A stretch of 64,000 nt of DNA from Candidatus Bathyarchaeota archaeon (GTDB lineage: Archaea > Thermoproteota > Bathyarchaeia > 40CM-2-53-6 > RBG-13-38-9): assembly GCA_963807605.1 (NCBI GenBank), contig CAWECG010000003.1, positions 1,093,265 to 1,157,264 on the forward strand, read 5' to 3'. The translations under genes and the position numbers were made by a program. The notes under the pieces were generated by a model. That model was not told the DNA's origin, searched no databases, and saw only the letters and a program-made list of their open reading frames with translations. Positions 1 through 11,470 of this stretch are shown one piece after another. Numbering within the stretch: the stretch's first letter is position 1; each line of letters opens with the position of its first letter.

Positions 1-29
1 TCAACTCTGTTCTGCTGGCGGTTCTCAGC

Positions 30-839
30 ATGGCTGCCACAGGGTTCTCGGATTTTTTCTATAAACGAGCTAGGATTGGTGGCGCTACTCCAGAGTTCTT
101 CCTTGCATTTCAAAGCATATTCTTCAACGCGACCGGCTTAGCTTTTGCCGTATTTGTAGGGTGTCTTGAAATATCAGCACAGACAGTCTTTTTCGGAGCC
201 GCCTGTGCTTCGCTTGTATATATTTCATTTTATCTGTTTTTTAGGGGTCTTGGTGCAGGACAGGCGACCGTGAATGTTCCAATATTCCGATTAAGCTTTG
301 TTGTAACGGCTGTCATGGCATTCGTATTCCTCAACGAGGCTGCAACATTTGGAAAGGTCCTCGCGGTAGGTTTATCGGTTCTAAGCATACTCGCCCTATC
401 TAAAAGTCTACGCACCGGATCAGCGTCTCTGTCAGCACTATTTCAGCTTGTTTTCGCGACAATTATCTATGGAGTCTTCGGGCTTCTCTACAAGATTGCA
501 ATATCATTGGGATCAGCTCCGACAGGAATACTAGTAGTCCAAGGTGCGTTCTTCATAGTGTACGCCTTCGTTATCGCATATCGACGGAGTCTAATCAAGA
601 CTTCTCGAACGATTACTTTGCACGCGCCAGTTTGTGGGATTCTTTTATCATCGGCATATCTGCTCCTCTTGGAATCCCTCAAATATGGAGACGTCAGTGT
701 CAGTTTCTCCATCGTACAGCTCAGCTTTGTGATCACCAGCGTCCTAGCAATGCTTGCTTGGCCTGAAAAAATAAGGCCACTGAATGTCTTGGGAATAATA
801 TTGGCTGTACTGGCAATCGCTTCATTCGCATACCTGTAA
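30..839 (+). CDS. EamA/DMT family transporter (5' end may extend beyond window)
   Basis: Two repeated 5-TM halves, highly hydrophobic 269-aa ORF. Confidence 0.8.
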   Translation: MAATGFSDFFYKRARIGGATPEFFLAFQSIFFNATGLAFAVFVGCLEISAQTVFFGAACASLVYISFYLFFRGLGAGQATVNVPIFRLSFVVTAVMAFVFLNEAATFGKVLAVGLSVLSILALSKSLRTGSASLSALFQLVFATIIYGVFGLLYKIAISLGSAPTGILVVQGAFFIVYAFVIAYRRSLIKTSRTITLHAPVCGILLSSAYLLLLESLKYGDVSVSFSIVQLSFVITSVLAMLAWPEKIRPLNVLGIILAVLAIASFAYL

Positions 840-989
840 TCTAATTTGCCCGCTTTCTCGATTTATGTGTGAGTTGATCTCGGTCAAGATAGGGCTAAAT
901 ATGGAGGGCATCACTGAAAACTAAAGATTACTGGCAAGACCAAAATGATTCAGACTTAAATTGGAATCCTTCGCAAATCAGACAGGCAG

Positions 990-2027
990 ATGTCCGCAGT
1001 GCACGAACTCAAATCGATTGAAACAAGGACGTTAGTGGGGACTAAGAAAGCCCTTGCCTTACTCTCCGGGGGCTTGGACAGCACACTCGCTGTAGCTTTG
1101 TTGACTAAGCAAGACATAGATGTGGAAGGGATATTCTTTTCCTCACCTTTCTGCAAGTGCAATAGGAAAGGTAGCTGTCAAGCCGTAGACGTGGCCAGAG
1201 CACTAGGCATCAGACTAAAGATGATTACTAAGGATGAGGAGTATCTTGAGGTTGTCAGGAAGCCTAAACATGGCTATGGAAAGGGCATGAATCCCTGCAT
1301 TGATTGCAGGATCTTCATGTTGAGAAAAGCCAAGGAGTACGCCGACGAAATGGGAGCATCTCTGATAGTCACTGGTGAAGTCTTGGATGAGAGACCGATG
1401 TCGCAACACCGTAGAGCCCTTGACTTGATAGAGAAAGAATCTGGTCTGACAGGGAGGATCCTCAGGCCCCTTTCAGCCAAGCTGCTGCCTGAGACTGAGG
1501 CTGAGAAGAGCGGCTTAGTCAATAGAGACCAGCTTCTCGATATAAGTGGCCGGTCAAGAAAGAGACAGATCGAGTTGGCAAAGAACTTCAACATCACAGG
1601 ATATGCTTGCCCTGCAGGAGGATGCCTACTTACAGACCCACCTTTTGCAAGAAGGTTAAAAGACCTCTTCAAGAACACGAAAAAAGTCACTATGAGAGAC
1701 ATCGAATTACTGAAAGTAGGCAGGCATTTCAGACGCGGATCAAGCAAAATAATCGTTGGCAGAGACGAAGACGAGAACAAACGTCTGTTGACATTAAAGC
1801 GAGAGGATGACTATTTCTTTGAGATTCAGGGATCTGGCAGTCCCATAACTTTGCTTCAAAGTCCGGTATCGCAAGGGGCCATCGAGACTGCCGCGGCCTT
1901 GACGTTATATTACTCAGATTGCAAGGAAAGTAGAGGAGTCGTAACGTACGGAAAAGAAAGGTTGGATAGAAACATAAGTATCTTCTTTATCAGTAAGGAG
2001 GAAGTCGACAGACTGAGAATTTCCTGA
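990..2027 (+). CDS. ThiI/MnmA-like tRNA thiouridylase (PP-loop ATPase) with C-terminal DUF814-like domain
   Basis: SGGLDS PP-loop, NPCIDC, GEVLDERPMSQ, PAGGCLLTD, GRHFR motifs. Confidence 0.8.
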   Translation: MSAVHELKSIETRTLVGTKKALALLSGGLDSTLAVALLTKQDIDVEGIFFSSPFCKCNRKGSCQAVDVARALGIRLKMITKDEEYLEVVRKPKHGYGKGMNPCIDCRIFMLRKAKEYADEMGASLIVTGEVLDERPMSQHRRALDLIEKESGLTGRILRPLSAKLLPETEAEKSGLVNRDQLLDISGRSRKRQIELAKNFNITGYACPAGGCLLTDPPFARRLKDLFKNTKKVTMRDIELLKVGRHFRRGSSKIIVGRDEDENKRLLTLKREDDYFFEIQGSGSPITLLQSPVSQGAIETAAALTLYYSDCKESRGVVTYGKERLDRNISIFFISKEEVDRLRIS

Positions 2028-2161
2028 AAGCCATTTTACATTTCCCCAGGCTTTCGACATTGAAATGCTGACCAAACACGCAAGTCCTTTACTTCCATCT
2101 AAGAGCTTTATATATTTAGCAAATATGACAAAGTCGTCATGTCAACAGAATCTGATCGTGG

Positions 2162-2522
2162 CTGGAGCCTCGTAGAAAGATTCTCATAATTGCAGCGGCT
2201 GTTTTCTTAGCAGTCATGATACTACCTTATCTTAGATCCGTTGTTTTTTCCGAGTGCATATCCAGGTTTCGCGCAGTCGGTGTGCTGCGCTTCTAGCCGC
2301 AACGGAAGAAACCCTGAGAATCCGGAAACTCGACAGCAATCCAACAGCCTCGACGCCGCCAACGATGCTGCCTTGACATATTATCGACAGAAGTACAACG
2401 ACTCATCGGTAACTGCAAGTTCGAAAGACTATGGCTACCACATAGAAGTAATCATAAGTGAAAATGGACAACCAATTAAAGACTTCACATATCTCAATGG
2501 TAGAATATACAAACAACCATAA
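2162..2522 (+). pseudogene. Small exported protein frameshifted at a T6 run (2244-2249)
   Basis: Signal-peptide-like frame EPRRKILIIAAAVFLAVMILPYL from CTG 2162 joins ORF 2241..2522 if one T is removed. Confidence 0.45.
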
Positions 2523-2890
2523 ATGCAAGTGATCTTTCGCAGGGCTTCAGCGCTACGAATTGTACATCTACTGAAAGAGATACCAACCGCGGTCGATTCC
2601 GCGTAATCGCTAGGCTATTTTTCAGTATTGATGAAAGGGCTGTAATCACCGTTATCGGCGACAGCTACAATGACTCATCCAGTAAGGGAGTAATCAAATC
2701 ACTGTGTAAGAGGATGCAAGTACACACAGAATCGATATATTCTGTAACGTCGATAAATGGGATCTACCGCGTTCAGATATTCATCTCAATTTCTTTAATA
2801 ATCCAACTTTTTGTTGGTAAGAATCTCGCCGGCTGAGTATTATGATTACTGTTCCGACAACATCATTAACTCGCATAAAATCAAGAGGCA

Positions 2891-2906
2891 AAGCTTAAAT
2901 TATATA
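2891..2906 (+). promoter_or_regulatory. Archaeal TATA box for the AT-hook gene
   Basis: AAGCTTAAATTATATA ending ~28 nt before ATG 2934 (leaderless spacing). Confidence 0.55.
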
Positions 2907-2933
2907 CGATAATTGTTATAGTTCAGATGCAAT

Positions 2934-3167
2934 ATGCCAAGGAGAAAGGCTTCTAGCGCGCTATCAGATGTTTTGAGTTCTGCTGAAAGGCTGAAGGATA
3001 GCATTGCGGCTGTGCCAGTTGAAATTCAAGATAGGATTAGAGAGCTGGCTATGGCGATAGTCAGCAAACCTGTAAAGCGGCGTGGTCGTCCGCCGAAGAA
3101 AAGAGGGAGGCCACGGAAGAGAGGCAGACCGCGCAAGCCCAAGACAGAGACGCCCACTCAAGTATAG
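2934..3167 (+). CDS. Small basic protein with three tandem AT-hook (RGRP) motifs
   Basis: KRRGRPPKKRGRPRKRGRPRKPK after a helical N-terminus; own TATA box. Confidence 0.75.
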   Translation: MPRRKASSALSDVLSSAERLKDSIAAVPVEIQDRIRELAMAIVSKPVKRRGRPPKKRGRPRKRGRPRKPKTETPTQV

Positions 3168-3188
3168 AAAGAACCGATCTCAGTAACT

Positions 3189-3401
3189 TTACTTCTCTAT
3201 CTGTACAACTTTTTTTCTAGCCTTTAATCCAGAAATTATTCTGACCTGAGATGAAGAGACGCCAAAGCGTCTAGCCAACTTCTTAATCAATTCACGGTTT
3301 GCTTTACCATCTTCAGGTCTTGATGTTAGACCAATCGTGATCTTATTTCCATCGATATCAACGAAATCTTTATGGAATTTAACTTCGACTTCATATATCA
3401 T
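3189..3401 (-). CDS. DUF167 (YggU/UPF0235) protein
   Basis: PEDGKANRELIKKLA...IISGLKARKK signature. Confidence 0.85.
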   Translation of the reverse strand: MIYEVEVKFHKDFVDIDGNKITIGLTSRPEDGKANRELIKKLARRFGVSSSQVRIISGLKARKKVVQIEK

Positions 3402-3533
3402 TTCGATTAAGGTCCCCTTTTGCAGTATCCTCAGTCCGCTTCGTTATCATCGCCGGCGTATGTGCGGACTTAGATGAGATCTCTGATAAAAAACATAACT
3501 GTCGGCATTGTATGATCCATTTAGGTTGTCACA

Positions 3534-5648
3534 GTGTCTGTGAAATCTAATCCCAAGTCCGATAGGGTTCCTAATCGACTTATATTTGAAAAAAGCCCCT
3601 ATCTCCTACAGCATGCTTACAATCCTGTCGATTGGTATCCGTGGGGACCTGAGGCCTTTGATAAGGCTCATAGGGAAAACAAGCTGATATTCCTGTCTAT
3701 CGGTTACTCGACCTGTCATTGGTGTCACGTCATGGAACGCGAGTCTTTTGAAGACCCCGACGTGGCAAGATTGATGAACCACGTCTTTGTTTCAATCAAA
3801 GTAGATAGAGAGGAACGACCAGACATAGACAATTTGTACATGGCTGCTTGCCAGATGCTCTCAAGCAATTGCGGATGGCCGCTAAACATCATTATGACAC
3901 CGGACAAGAAACCCTTCTTTGCAGCCACCTATTTTCCCAAGGAAACCCGTGCCGGCCACATCGGCCTACTTGAATTGGTCACACAGGTCGAGGAGCTCTG
4001 GATGACCCGACCGGAAGAACTACTCAACTCAGCCGACGAAATCACTGCTAAACTCAGCATGATCTCAAGGCTTCAAGGAGGCAAAGAACTTGGAGAGGAC
4101 GCACTCAACGCAGCGTACGAACAGCTAACTCAAGCTTTTGATGAAGAGATGGGGGGCTTCAGCAGAGCGCCTAAATTCCCAATTCCTCACCATCTTTTCT
4201 TCTTGCTCCGCTACTGGAAGCGTACGGCCAATGAGAAAGCTCTTCGCATGGTTGAGAAAACCCTTCAATCTATGCGTCGAGGCGGACTCTATGATCACGT
4301 CGGTTTTGGTTTTCACCGATACTCCACTGACTTCAAATGGCTAGTTCCACATTTCGAAAAGATGCTCTACGACCAGGCTCTGTTGACAATAGCTTACATC
4401 GAGGCTTATCAAGCAACACAAAGGCAAGAATATCGGAAGACTGCTCAAGAGATCCTTGCCTATGTACTACGTGACATGAAAGCCCCTGAAGGCGGCTTCT
4501 ACTCCGCCGAAGACGCTGAGAGCGAAGGTAAAGAAGGAAAGTTTTACCTCTGGACAATAAAAGAAATCCAACAGATACTCGAAAAAGACGCTGATCTCGC
4601 TGCCAAAGCATTCAACATCGAACAAGCAGGCAACTTCATCGATGAAGCTTACGGAGAGAGAACTGGCGCGAATATCCTGCATATGAAAAAGTCGCTTAGC
4701 GACTTGGCCTACGATCTGAGAGTCTCACAGCAAGAACTCCAAAAACGCATGGAGAGTATTCAACAAAGGCTATTAGCCGCACGTGGGGTGCGTGTGCGCC
4801 CCCACAAAGATGACAAAATCCTTGCAGACTGGAATGGTCTGATGATAGCTGCACTGGCCAAGGCGGCACAGGTCTGTGATGAGCCGACGTATGTTGAGGC
4901 TGCCAAGAACGCCGCCCATTTTATTCTTAACAATATGCTTGATGCCGATGGGCGGCTTCTACATCGCTACAGAGAGGGCCAATCTGCCGTACCTGCCTAT
5001 GCAGACGACTATATCTTTCTAATCTGGGGATTGATCGAGCTATATGAGGCTACTTTCGACGCTAATCATCTCCAGATCGCATTATCTTTGACAAATGACT
5101 TAATCAAACATTATTGGGACGAGCAGAACGGGGGGTTCTATTTTACCCCTGACGATGGCGAAGAGACCCTGATTCGCAAAAAGGAGATCTATGATGGGGC
5201 AATTCCATCAGGTAACTCCGTGGAAATGCTGAACCTGCTTCGTCTGGGACGAATGACTGACAATCGTGACTTAGAAGATAAGGCTGAACGGATAAGACGT
5301 GCCTTCTCTTCCAACGTGAGGCAATCACTTGCATCCTTCACCCAACTGCTGGTTGCACTCGACTTTGCGATTGGGCCCTCATACGAGGTAGCCATAGCCG
5401 GTGATTCGCAGACAAAGGACACTATTGAGATGATCAGGACACTGAGATCTCGGTTTCTGCCAAACATGGTAGTGCTTCTCAATCCGACAGAACAAAAATC
5501 ACCCGACATATTTCGACTCGCTAAATTTCTGGAGGATCAGACTAGTATTGATAACAGAACAACAGCCTACGTGTGTATCAATTACGCATGTAAACAGCCG
5601 GCGACAGATGCGAAGAAGATGATGGAATTGTTGGGAGTGAAAATGTGA
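3534..5648 (+). CDS. Thioredoxin-domain protein YyaL/SSP411 (DUF255)
   Basis: [39 protein letters not shown]. Confidence 0.92.
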   Translation: MSVKSNPKSDRVPNRLIFEKSPYLLQHAYNPVDWYPWGPEAFDKAHRENKLIFLSIGYSTCHWCHVMERESFEDPDVARLMNHVFVSIKVDREERPDIDNLYMAACQMLSSNCGWPLNIIMTPDKKPFFAATYFPKETRAGHIGLLELVTQVEELWMTRPEELLNSADEITAKLSMISRLQGGKELGEDALNAAYEQLTQAFDEEMGGFSRAPKFPIPHHLFFLLRYWKRTANEKALRMVEKTLQSMRRGGLYDHVGFGFHRYSTDFKWLVPHFEKMLYDQALLTIAYIEAYQATQRQEYRKTAQEILAYVLRDMKAPEGGFYSAEDAESEGKEGKFYLWTIKEIQQILEKDADLAAKAFNIEQAGNFIDEAYGERTGANILHMKKSLSDLAYDLRVSQQELQKRMESIQQRLLAARGVRVRPHKDDKILADWNGLMIAALAKAAQVCDEPTYVEAAKNAAHFILNNMLDADGRLLHRYREGQSAVPAYADDYIFLIWGLIELYEATFDANHLQIALSLTNDLIKHYWDEQNGGFYFTPDDGEETLIRKKEIYDGAIPSGNSVEMLNLLRLGRMTDNRDLEDKAERIRRAFSSNVRQSLASFTQLLVALDFAIGPSYEVAIAGDSQTKDTIEMIRTLRSRFLPNMVVLLNPTEQKSPDIFRLAKFLEDQTSIDNRTTAYVCINYACKQPATDAKKMMELLGVKM

Positions 5649-5959
5649 AACAAGATGATCTTAATCCGACTCTATATTACGCGAACTAAGAACGAACGGC
5701 AAGCACGATTTGCGAAGAATCACGCTTCTATTCTGACGTAGATCTGTTGAGACATCATTTCCGCTTTCAATTCATGAGAAGCTGTACTAATGAGTCCGTT
5801 TCCCAAACTGGGTCTCTTTCTTTGGACGATCAATTTAGCAGTTAGTCTCGAAGGCTCAACTATTATTTACGGAAACGCTTAAATTTGAACCTGGTGTTTG
5901 AGCAGATCATTCTTCCTAAAACATTTCATAGCCAATCAAATAATGCGGGGGTATGATAG

Positions 5960-6976
5960 ATGTCGAAGAAAGCCAAAGTCGCTCTTCTGAAAGTCAAGGA
6001 CTTTGATAATCCATATGATGCCATAAGGGAGGCTGTAGGACTCGCTGGTGGATTTGAAGAAGCGATAAAGAGAGAACCGTACACAACAATTAAGCCAAAT
6101 CTTGTACGAATTCCGAAATACCGACAGGCGCCTACACCTAGAGGAGCAGCTACAAGTTTTGAGGTTTTGAATGCTGTAATAAAATTGACAAAGGAAAAGA
6201 CGTCGAACGTGGGCATAATAGAATCCGATGCCATGCTTGGACCGGCTGAGGAAGCTTTCGAGAAATACAAGCTCTATGATTTGGCCAAGAAGTATGATCT
6301 CGATTTGATTAATGCTTCTAACGATGAGCTTATTACATGCGAGGTCCCCGACCCCCAGTTCTATGTGGCTATAGATGGATTGAATTGGTTAGATAATCCT
6401 GAAAGAGAGATGTTTGCAAGCGAGTATGTATTGAGGCTCTCAAAGAAATATCTGAAAAGTAATAGAATATCCGTTCCGTCAATGAAGACGCAGGCCGATC
6501 CCTACTCTGCTATTACTTTCTCAGTCAAGAATATGTTCGGAGTCTTGCCTGAGGTTAAGAAATTCCTTAAGTTCCACGAAATAAAATCGTGGAAGGGCCA
6601 CAAATTTAATTTTGGAATAAATGTAGGTAGGGCCCTCTTGGATCTCTGCCAGGTAGCACCACCTGATTACGCGATCATTGATGGACTCTGGGGGCTTCAT
6701 GGTCCAGGTGCTCCTGGAACCGGATATAGCGTAAGAATAGGTGTGATAATAGCCTCCAAGGATGCGTGGGCTGCAGATACTGTTGCAGGCTCGGTCGTCG
6801 GATTTGATATGAGGAGGTTATTCTACTTTAGAAAGGCAGAGAGGATGGGATTAGGAGTAACGAATATTGAGGATATAGAGGTGGTGGGAGAAGAAGTGGA
6901 GTCTGTAAGAGTTCCCTTCAAACTCGATGTCAGCTTGGAAGCCCAACGCCTTCTTGATGAAACCTGCGGTCGTTGA
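5960..6976 (+). CDS. DUF362 domain protein
   Basis: IKPNLV, TFSVKNMFG, IIDG, DAWAADTV motifs. Confidence 0.8.
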   Translation: MSKKAKVALLKVKDFDNPYDAIREAVGLAGGFEEAIKREPYTTIKPNLVRIPKYRQAPTPRGAATSFEVLNAVIKLTKEKTSNVGIIESDAMLGPAEEAFEKYKLYDLAKKYDLDLINASNDELITCEVPDPQFYVAIDGLNWLDNPEREMFASEYVLRLSKKYLKSNRISVPSMKTQADPYSAITFSVKNMFGVLPEVKKFLKFHEIKSWKGHKFNFGINVGRALLDLCQVAPPDYAIIDGLWGLHGPGAPGTGYSVRIGVIIASKDAWAADTVAGSVVGFDMRRLFYFRKAERMGLGVTNIEDIEVVGEEVESVRVPFKLDVSLEAQRLLDETCGR

Positions 6977-7153
6977 AAGCAGTTTTGGAGGCAAACGCTA
7001 TCGGAATTGCGTAGGCTTCGTCTTTCATCAACTAAGGGTCTCAACACTACCTCAAAAATTACCTCATTCATCAGAAACATGGAAGGGCTTTTTCTACAAG
7101 CTATGCCGACGACTTTGTAAATCGATCGACACAGCGTGATCTCTTTTTGACAC

Positions 7154-7480
7154 CTAGATGAGCCCTTCTAATCGCAGCCACATTTTCGTCGAATCCAAGA
7201 GGCTCCTGCAATCGCTCTTGGCAAAGTCGTAGTCGTCGGTTCCAGGCTCATTATTCTTAAACGTTGCCGCGTCTCGTTTGAGATGTTTCATGCTCCCTTC
7301 CAAGACTTCCAGGTCATGGGAGGATCCTGCTTCATCTCTCTCCCCTTGAATTATGGTCAATACTTCTGAGGCAAAAGATTCCAGTCCTGCGGGGCTTAAC
7401 GCTTCAAGCTCGCCTTTGTTTTCCAGGTATAATGTAGCGATTCTTTGTTTGAGTTCATGGGAGATGCCTGCGGGTTGCAT
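7154..7480 (-). CDS. Hypothetical protein
   Basis: 108-aa ORF directly downstream of the ADH pseudogene on the same strand. Confidence 0.55.
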   Translation of the reverse strand: MQPAGISHELKQRIATLYLENKGELEALSPAGLESFASEVLTIIQGERDEAGSSHDLEVLEGSMKHLKRDAATFKNNEPGTDDYDFAKSDCRSLLDSTKMWLRLEGLI

Positions 7481-7498
7481 GGTTCAATCTCTCTCTTG

Positions 7499-8507
7499 CT
7501 ATGGTATGAGCACTGCCCTACCTATCATATCTCCGTCTTTTAGTTTGCGTAAGACCTCTGGGGCTTGGATGAGAGGATATGTCTGGGTAGTTATTCTGAT
7601 CTTTCCTGACGCTGCTATTCTCAGAACCTCCTCCATGTCAAGTCTTGTTCCGATAGCGCTACCTTTGATCGTCTTTTCCATGAAGGACATCAAATTATTG
7701 ACATTCCCAGTAACTCCAAGAACTAGCGTGCCTCTAGGTTTGGTGATTCTCTGTGCTCTATCTATCGCATCTTGAGAGGGTGCGAAGACTATTGCAGAGT
7801 CAACATAACCCATTTTCTTCATCTCAGGTACAAGATTATCATCTTGAATGATGGCTCTATCTGCCCCCATCTTCATTGCTAAGTCTAGGTTCTTCTGGCT
7901 TCTGCTGATTGCGACGACAGTAGCTCCCGTCATCTTGGCAAATTGCACTGCAACGTGCCCGACTCCACCGATCCCAAATATAGCCACAGTTTTACTGGGG
8001 AAAAGACCGGCCTGCTTTACAGCTCTATGGGCTGTGACTCCCGGGCAGAACAGAGGAGCCGCCTGGTCATCTTTCAGATTTGCGGGAATACGATAAACGA
8101 AGTTGGCCTTCCCCCTAATGTACTCGGCATAGCCGCCGTCAACAGTCTCACCCGTGATCAGTCTATGAGGGCAGAGGTGTTCCCTACCACAGGCAAAACT
8201 CACAGTTGCCGCACGCCCAGTATAACGGTTGAATTCCAGCTCTGTCGCCAACATTAAGATTTGTAACCTTTGAACCAGTACTCTCAATCATCCCCGAGAT
8301 CTCATGATCCGGAATGATCGGCAATCTTGAAGGAATCCCTAGTCTACTGTATACCCCCTCGATCACGTTCAAGTTGGACCGGCAGACTCCACATGCTTTT
8401 ACTCGTATCAATACTTCATCATCAGCAGGCTTAGGATCATCATATTCTGCGTATCTGAGTGGATCCTGTTCGATCACTGCAGGTTTATCCAGAAGAACCG
8501 CTTTCAT
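7499..8507 (-). pseudogene. Zn-dependent alcohol dehydrogenase, frameshifted near 8190
   Basis: N-half (CGVCRS, DHE instead of GHE, CGNCEFC) and C-half (GREHLC, GIGGVG) in different frames; 2-nt loss in CTGTG(TG)GT. Confidence 0.8.
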
Positions 8508-8593
8508 CCTAGGATCTACGCGCGCGCGTATCAACAGTACACCAAGAACCCTATATTTGAGGGATCAAGCATAGATTCCACCTTCCTTAGGTT

Positions 8594-9697
8594 GTGGACT
8601 ATTTGTTAGCATCACGAATCCTATTCTTTGATTATGCCGGAAAAGAAGACGTACTGGATGGAATAGGCGAACATTTCAGAAATATAGTAGAGGGAGTCGT
8701 CTCACCGGGCGACAAAGTCGCTATTAAAGTGCACATGGGTGAGTATGGAAATCTAACGTACCTGAGACCGCCCTTTGTCAGCTTATTTGTGAAGTTGGTA
8801 AAGGAGGCCGAGGGCAAACCCTTCGTGACAGACACTACAGCACTCTATCCCAAGCATAGATTCACTGCGGAGCAGTACCTCCAAACCGCATCGTACAATG
8901 GCTTTACAGAGCAGTCGCTCGGAGCGCCTATAGTGATCGCTGATGGACCGCTAGGATATGATGGCGTAAGCCAAAGGTTGAGAAAGGTTATTGACGGATG
9001 TGATTTCAAGAAAATACCTGTCGCAAAGGCCATAGCCAACTCAGATGCGATGATCGTTCTCACTCATGGTAAAGGGCACATGCTCAGCGGATTCGGAGGA
9101 GCAATTAAGAATTTGGCTATGGGCTGCACGACGAAAGATGGAAAAGCAGCGCAGCACCTTGCAAATAGAGTCATACTAAACGTTGACAAATGCAATGGCT
9201 GTGGCGAATGTGTGGAGGCCTGCCCATTTGGTGCTGTCGAAATTAGAGCGGGCAAACACGTGAAGCTTTTGTCAAAATGTATGTCATGTATTAGCTGTTT
9301 TTTCGCCTGTACAGAGGGCGCTCTACATCTGCCAAGCGATGCCAAGGTAAAATTCCAGGTAAACCTGGCCCACGCAGCTCAGGGAGTCATAGCAAGATTT
9401 CCCAAAAGCAAGATTGCCTACCTCAACTTCCTCCAGGATATCACCAAGCTCTGCGATTGCGCTACTCCATCGGGAAGGCCACTTATGCAAGACATTGGGG
9501 TACTCGGCGGAGAAGATCCTGTCGCAATAGATAAGGCCTCAATAGACCTCATAGATAAAGCACCGATGTATAGAAGAAATTCGCTGAAGCGTACGGACAC
9601 TATCGGAAGACTGAATGAGACAAGCAGCTTTATTCATATCAGAACGGCAGAGAAGCTTGGATTGGGAAGTACGCGCTACCGCCTAGTGAGGAACTAA
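8594..9697 (+). CDS. DUF362 protein with 2x[4Fe-4S] ferredoxin domain
   Basis: AIKVHMGE, HGKGH..GFGGAIKNLAMG, two CxxCxxCxxxC motifs. Confidence 0.88.
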   Translation: MDYLLASRILFFDYAGKEDVLDGIGEHFRNIVEGVVSPGDKVAIKVHMGEYGNLTYLRPPFVSLFVKLVKEAEGKPFVTDTTALYPKHRFTAEQYLQTASYNGFTEQSLGAPIVIADGPLGYDGVSQRLRKVIDGCDFKKIPVAKAIANSDAMIVLTHGKGHMLSGFGGAIKNLAMGCTTKDGKAAQHLANRVILNVDKCNGCGECVEACPFGAVEIRAGKHVKLLSKCMSCISCFFACTEGALHLPSDAKVKFQVNLAHAAQGVIARFPKSKIAYLNFLQDITKLCDCATPSGRPLMQDIGVLGGEDPVAIDKASIDLIDKAPMYRRNSLKRTDTIGRLNETSSFIHIRTAEKLGLGSTRYRLVRN

Positions 9698-9902
9698 ACT
9701 AGGAGGCTCACGCGCGCGTCGAGTATTGAGGAAAATAAGAAAGTTGGCAAGTAGTGCGCAGGTGAACGCGTGCGTATCCAAAATGGGTCAGACTGAACGA
9801 CAATCTCAAGATATCGCAAACTGACCGTAGCTTAAATAACCACGACCTAAAAAACACAGAAGAAAAGAATGGTCGTCCGTTCCTAGCGAGCGCTAAAGTT
9901 AT

Positions 9903-10262
9903 CTACTGAACTTCCCCGCATTTTGGGCAGTACTTGACTTTTGAAGAGATTTCTGCTCCGCAACTGATACAGAATTTTTTGGGTTCAGTAGTAGCAGGAG
10001 GAGGCGCTACCCTCTGAACGACCTTCTTACGTCTCGCTCGCACTAGGATTGTGAAAATGAGCCATGCTATCACGCCATATATTATTCCATTAAATACAGC
10101 GAAGATTAAGATCGACGCGGGTATTCCAAGCACCGGATATGAGGTTTCAGGGACGTTTAGAAGGCTGTAAAGTTGCCTTCCAGGAGGCAAATCAGTATAA
10201 TACCGCAATGTCACTGCTCCGAAAATTACAAAGAATACTAGGAAGACTATCGCGCCTTTCAT
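9903..10262 (-). CDS. Membrane protein with C-terminal double zinc ribbon
   Basis: Two TM segments; FCISCG...YCPKCG. Confidence 0.8.
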   Translation of the reverse strand: MKGAIVFLVFFVIFGAVTLRYYTDLPPGRQLYSLLNVPETSYPVLGIPASILIFAVFNGIIYGVIAWLIFTILVRARRKKVVQRVAPPPATTEPKKFCISCGAEISSKVKYCPKCGEVQ

Positions 10263-10770
10263 GATATGTCTACACTCATTAGCTACCGATCAGATTATTA
10301 AAATGTGTGATAGATTGAAGCCCAACTATATCCCATGAGATTCAAGCAGTGGAGAAGGGAATGAAGAACCACCACTATCGGCATAATCTATTTTAGATAT
10401 TCCCAAACGCGTGAGACACCACTTCATGAGGCCGTGTTTGCAGCTACTAAATTTATCTATTCTCCAACGTACATACGTCAGGCAGAAACAGTTATCTTAA
10501 GTAGAAACAAAAGTAGAACACAATAGCCTAGGAGCGTTTAGCTTAATGGAATCCAATATGTCGACTCCAGAGGAAGTTGCATGTCCCGTCACCACCAAAG
10601 ATACCGGCAAGTAAATTGAGTATTTTTTTGTCACAACCAATTTGTTCTTTCAGATTTCTTGTATTTTTGACCGGATTACTTTGTTGTATGCGGTTTGACG
10701 CCAAGACCTGTTGACAAAGTGCGCGCTTTTAGAACTCTAGGTAAAATGAGTGGAATTGTTGAATAGAGGT

Positions 10771-11166
10771 TTAACTGATTTCATATTGGATGATGTTTCC
10801 ATTTCCGTCAAAAACTCGTATGTCATTTTCTGAGTCGTAAGGGTATGCCGTAATAATCATTATGCGGCCGTAGAAGTGGTTCAAGTCATGTGTCGAAGGC
10901 GCCAACACTCCAGAAGGATGCGAATGAGCGACACCCATTATTGACAGGGCGCTTGGAAGCATCGACAGAGGGAAGCCAGAGAAAGCTTGACCGTGAGTAG
11001 CCAGAGGTGGAATAATGACATTGTCTATCAATATTTTGCCCCCACCTGCCTTTCCTTGGAGTATTAGAATGGACTCCTTAGGGTGGGCCATCTTTGCATA
11101 AGTTAGGATACTATCAATGACCGATCGCTTGATGGTCAATGATCTCATCGGCATGAGAAATCCCAA
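10771..11166 (-). CDS. JAMM/MPN+ metalloprotease (Mov34 family)
   Basis: HPKE...HSHPSG...PSTHD motif. Confidence 0.88.
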   Translation of the reverse strand: MGFLMPMRSLTIKRSVIDSILTYAKMAHPKESILILQGKAGGGKILIDNVIIPPLATHGQAFSGFPLSMLPSALSIMGVAHSHPSGVLAPSTHDLNHFYGRIMIITAYPYDSENDIRVFDGNGNIIQYEIS

Positions 11167-11470
11167 CGTTTTCCTATGGCGTATGCAGAGTTAAGCTGAC
11201 TTGGAATGAATAAAGCTTCGCAAATTGACTCTCACAATCTTCTTTGATAGCCTCGAGTATCAAGAAAAAACGAGAGAATCTGAAGCGTCCATAGAAAGAT
11301 GTGGGGTGTTAGCTGGAATTTTTCAGATCGAGCTCCCAATTCAGTCGTTTAAAATCACAATTAGAGCGGCAAAGTCAAATAGGAGACATTTGACCTAAAG
11401 AACTGATCTACTTATCCGAAATAAAATGGGAATATTCTGGCGTAGACGATTCTGATGTGTTTGTGAGAGC

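Noticed and set aside
8184-8200. Pyrrolysine readthrough or hidden intron in the ADH gene
   Set aside because: The continuation is in another frame and sequence is missing, not added; no BHB.
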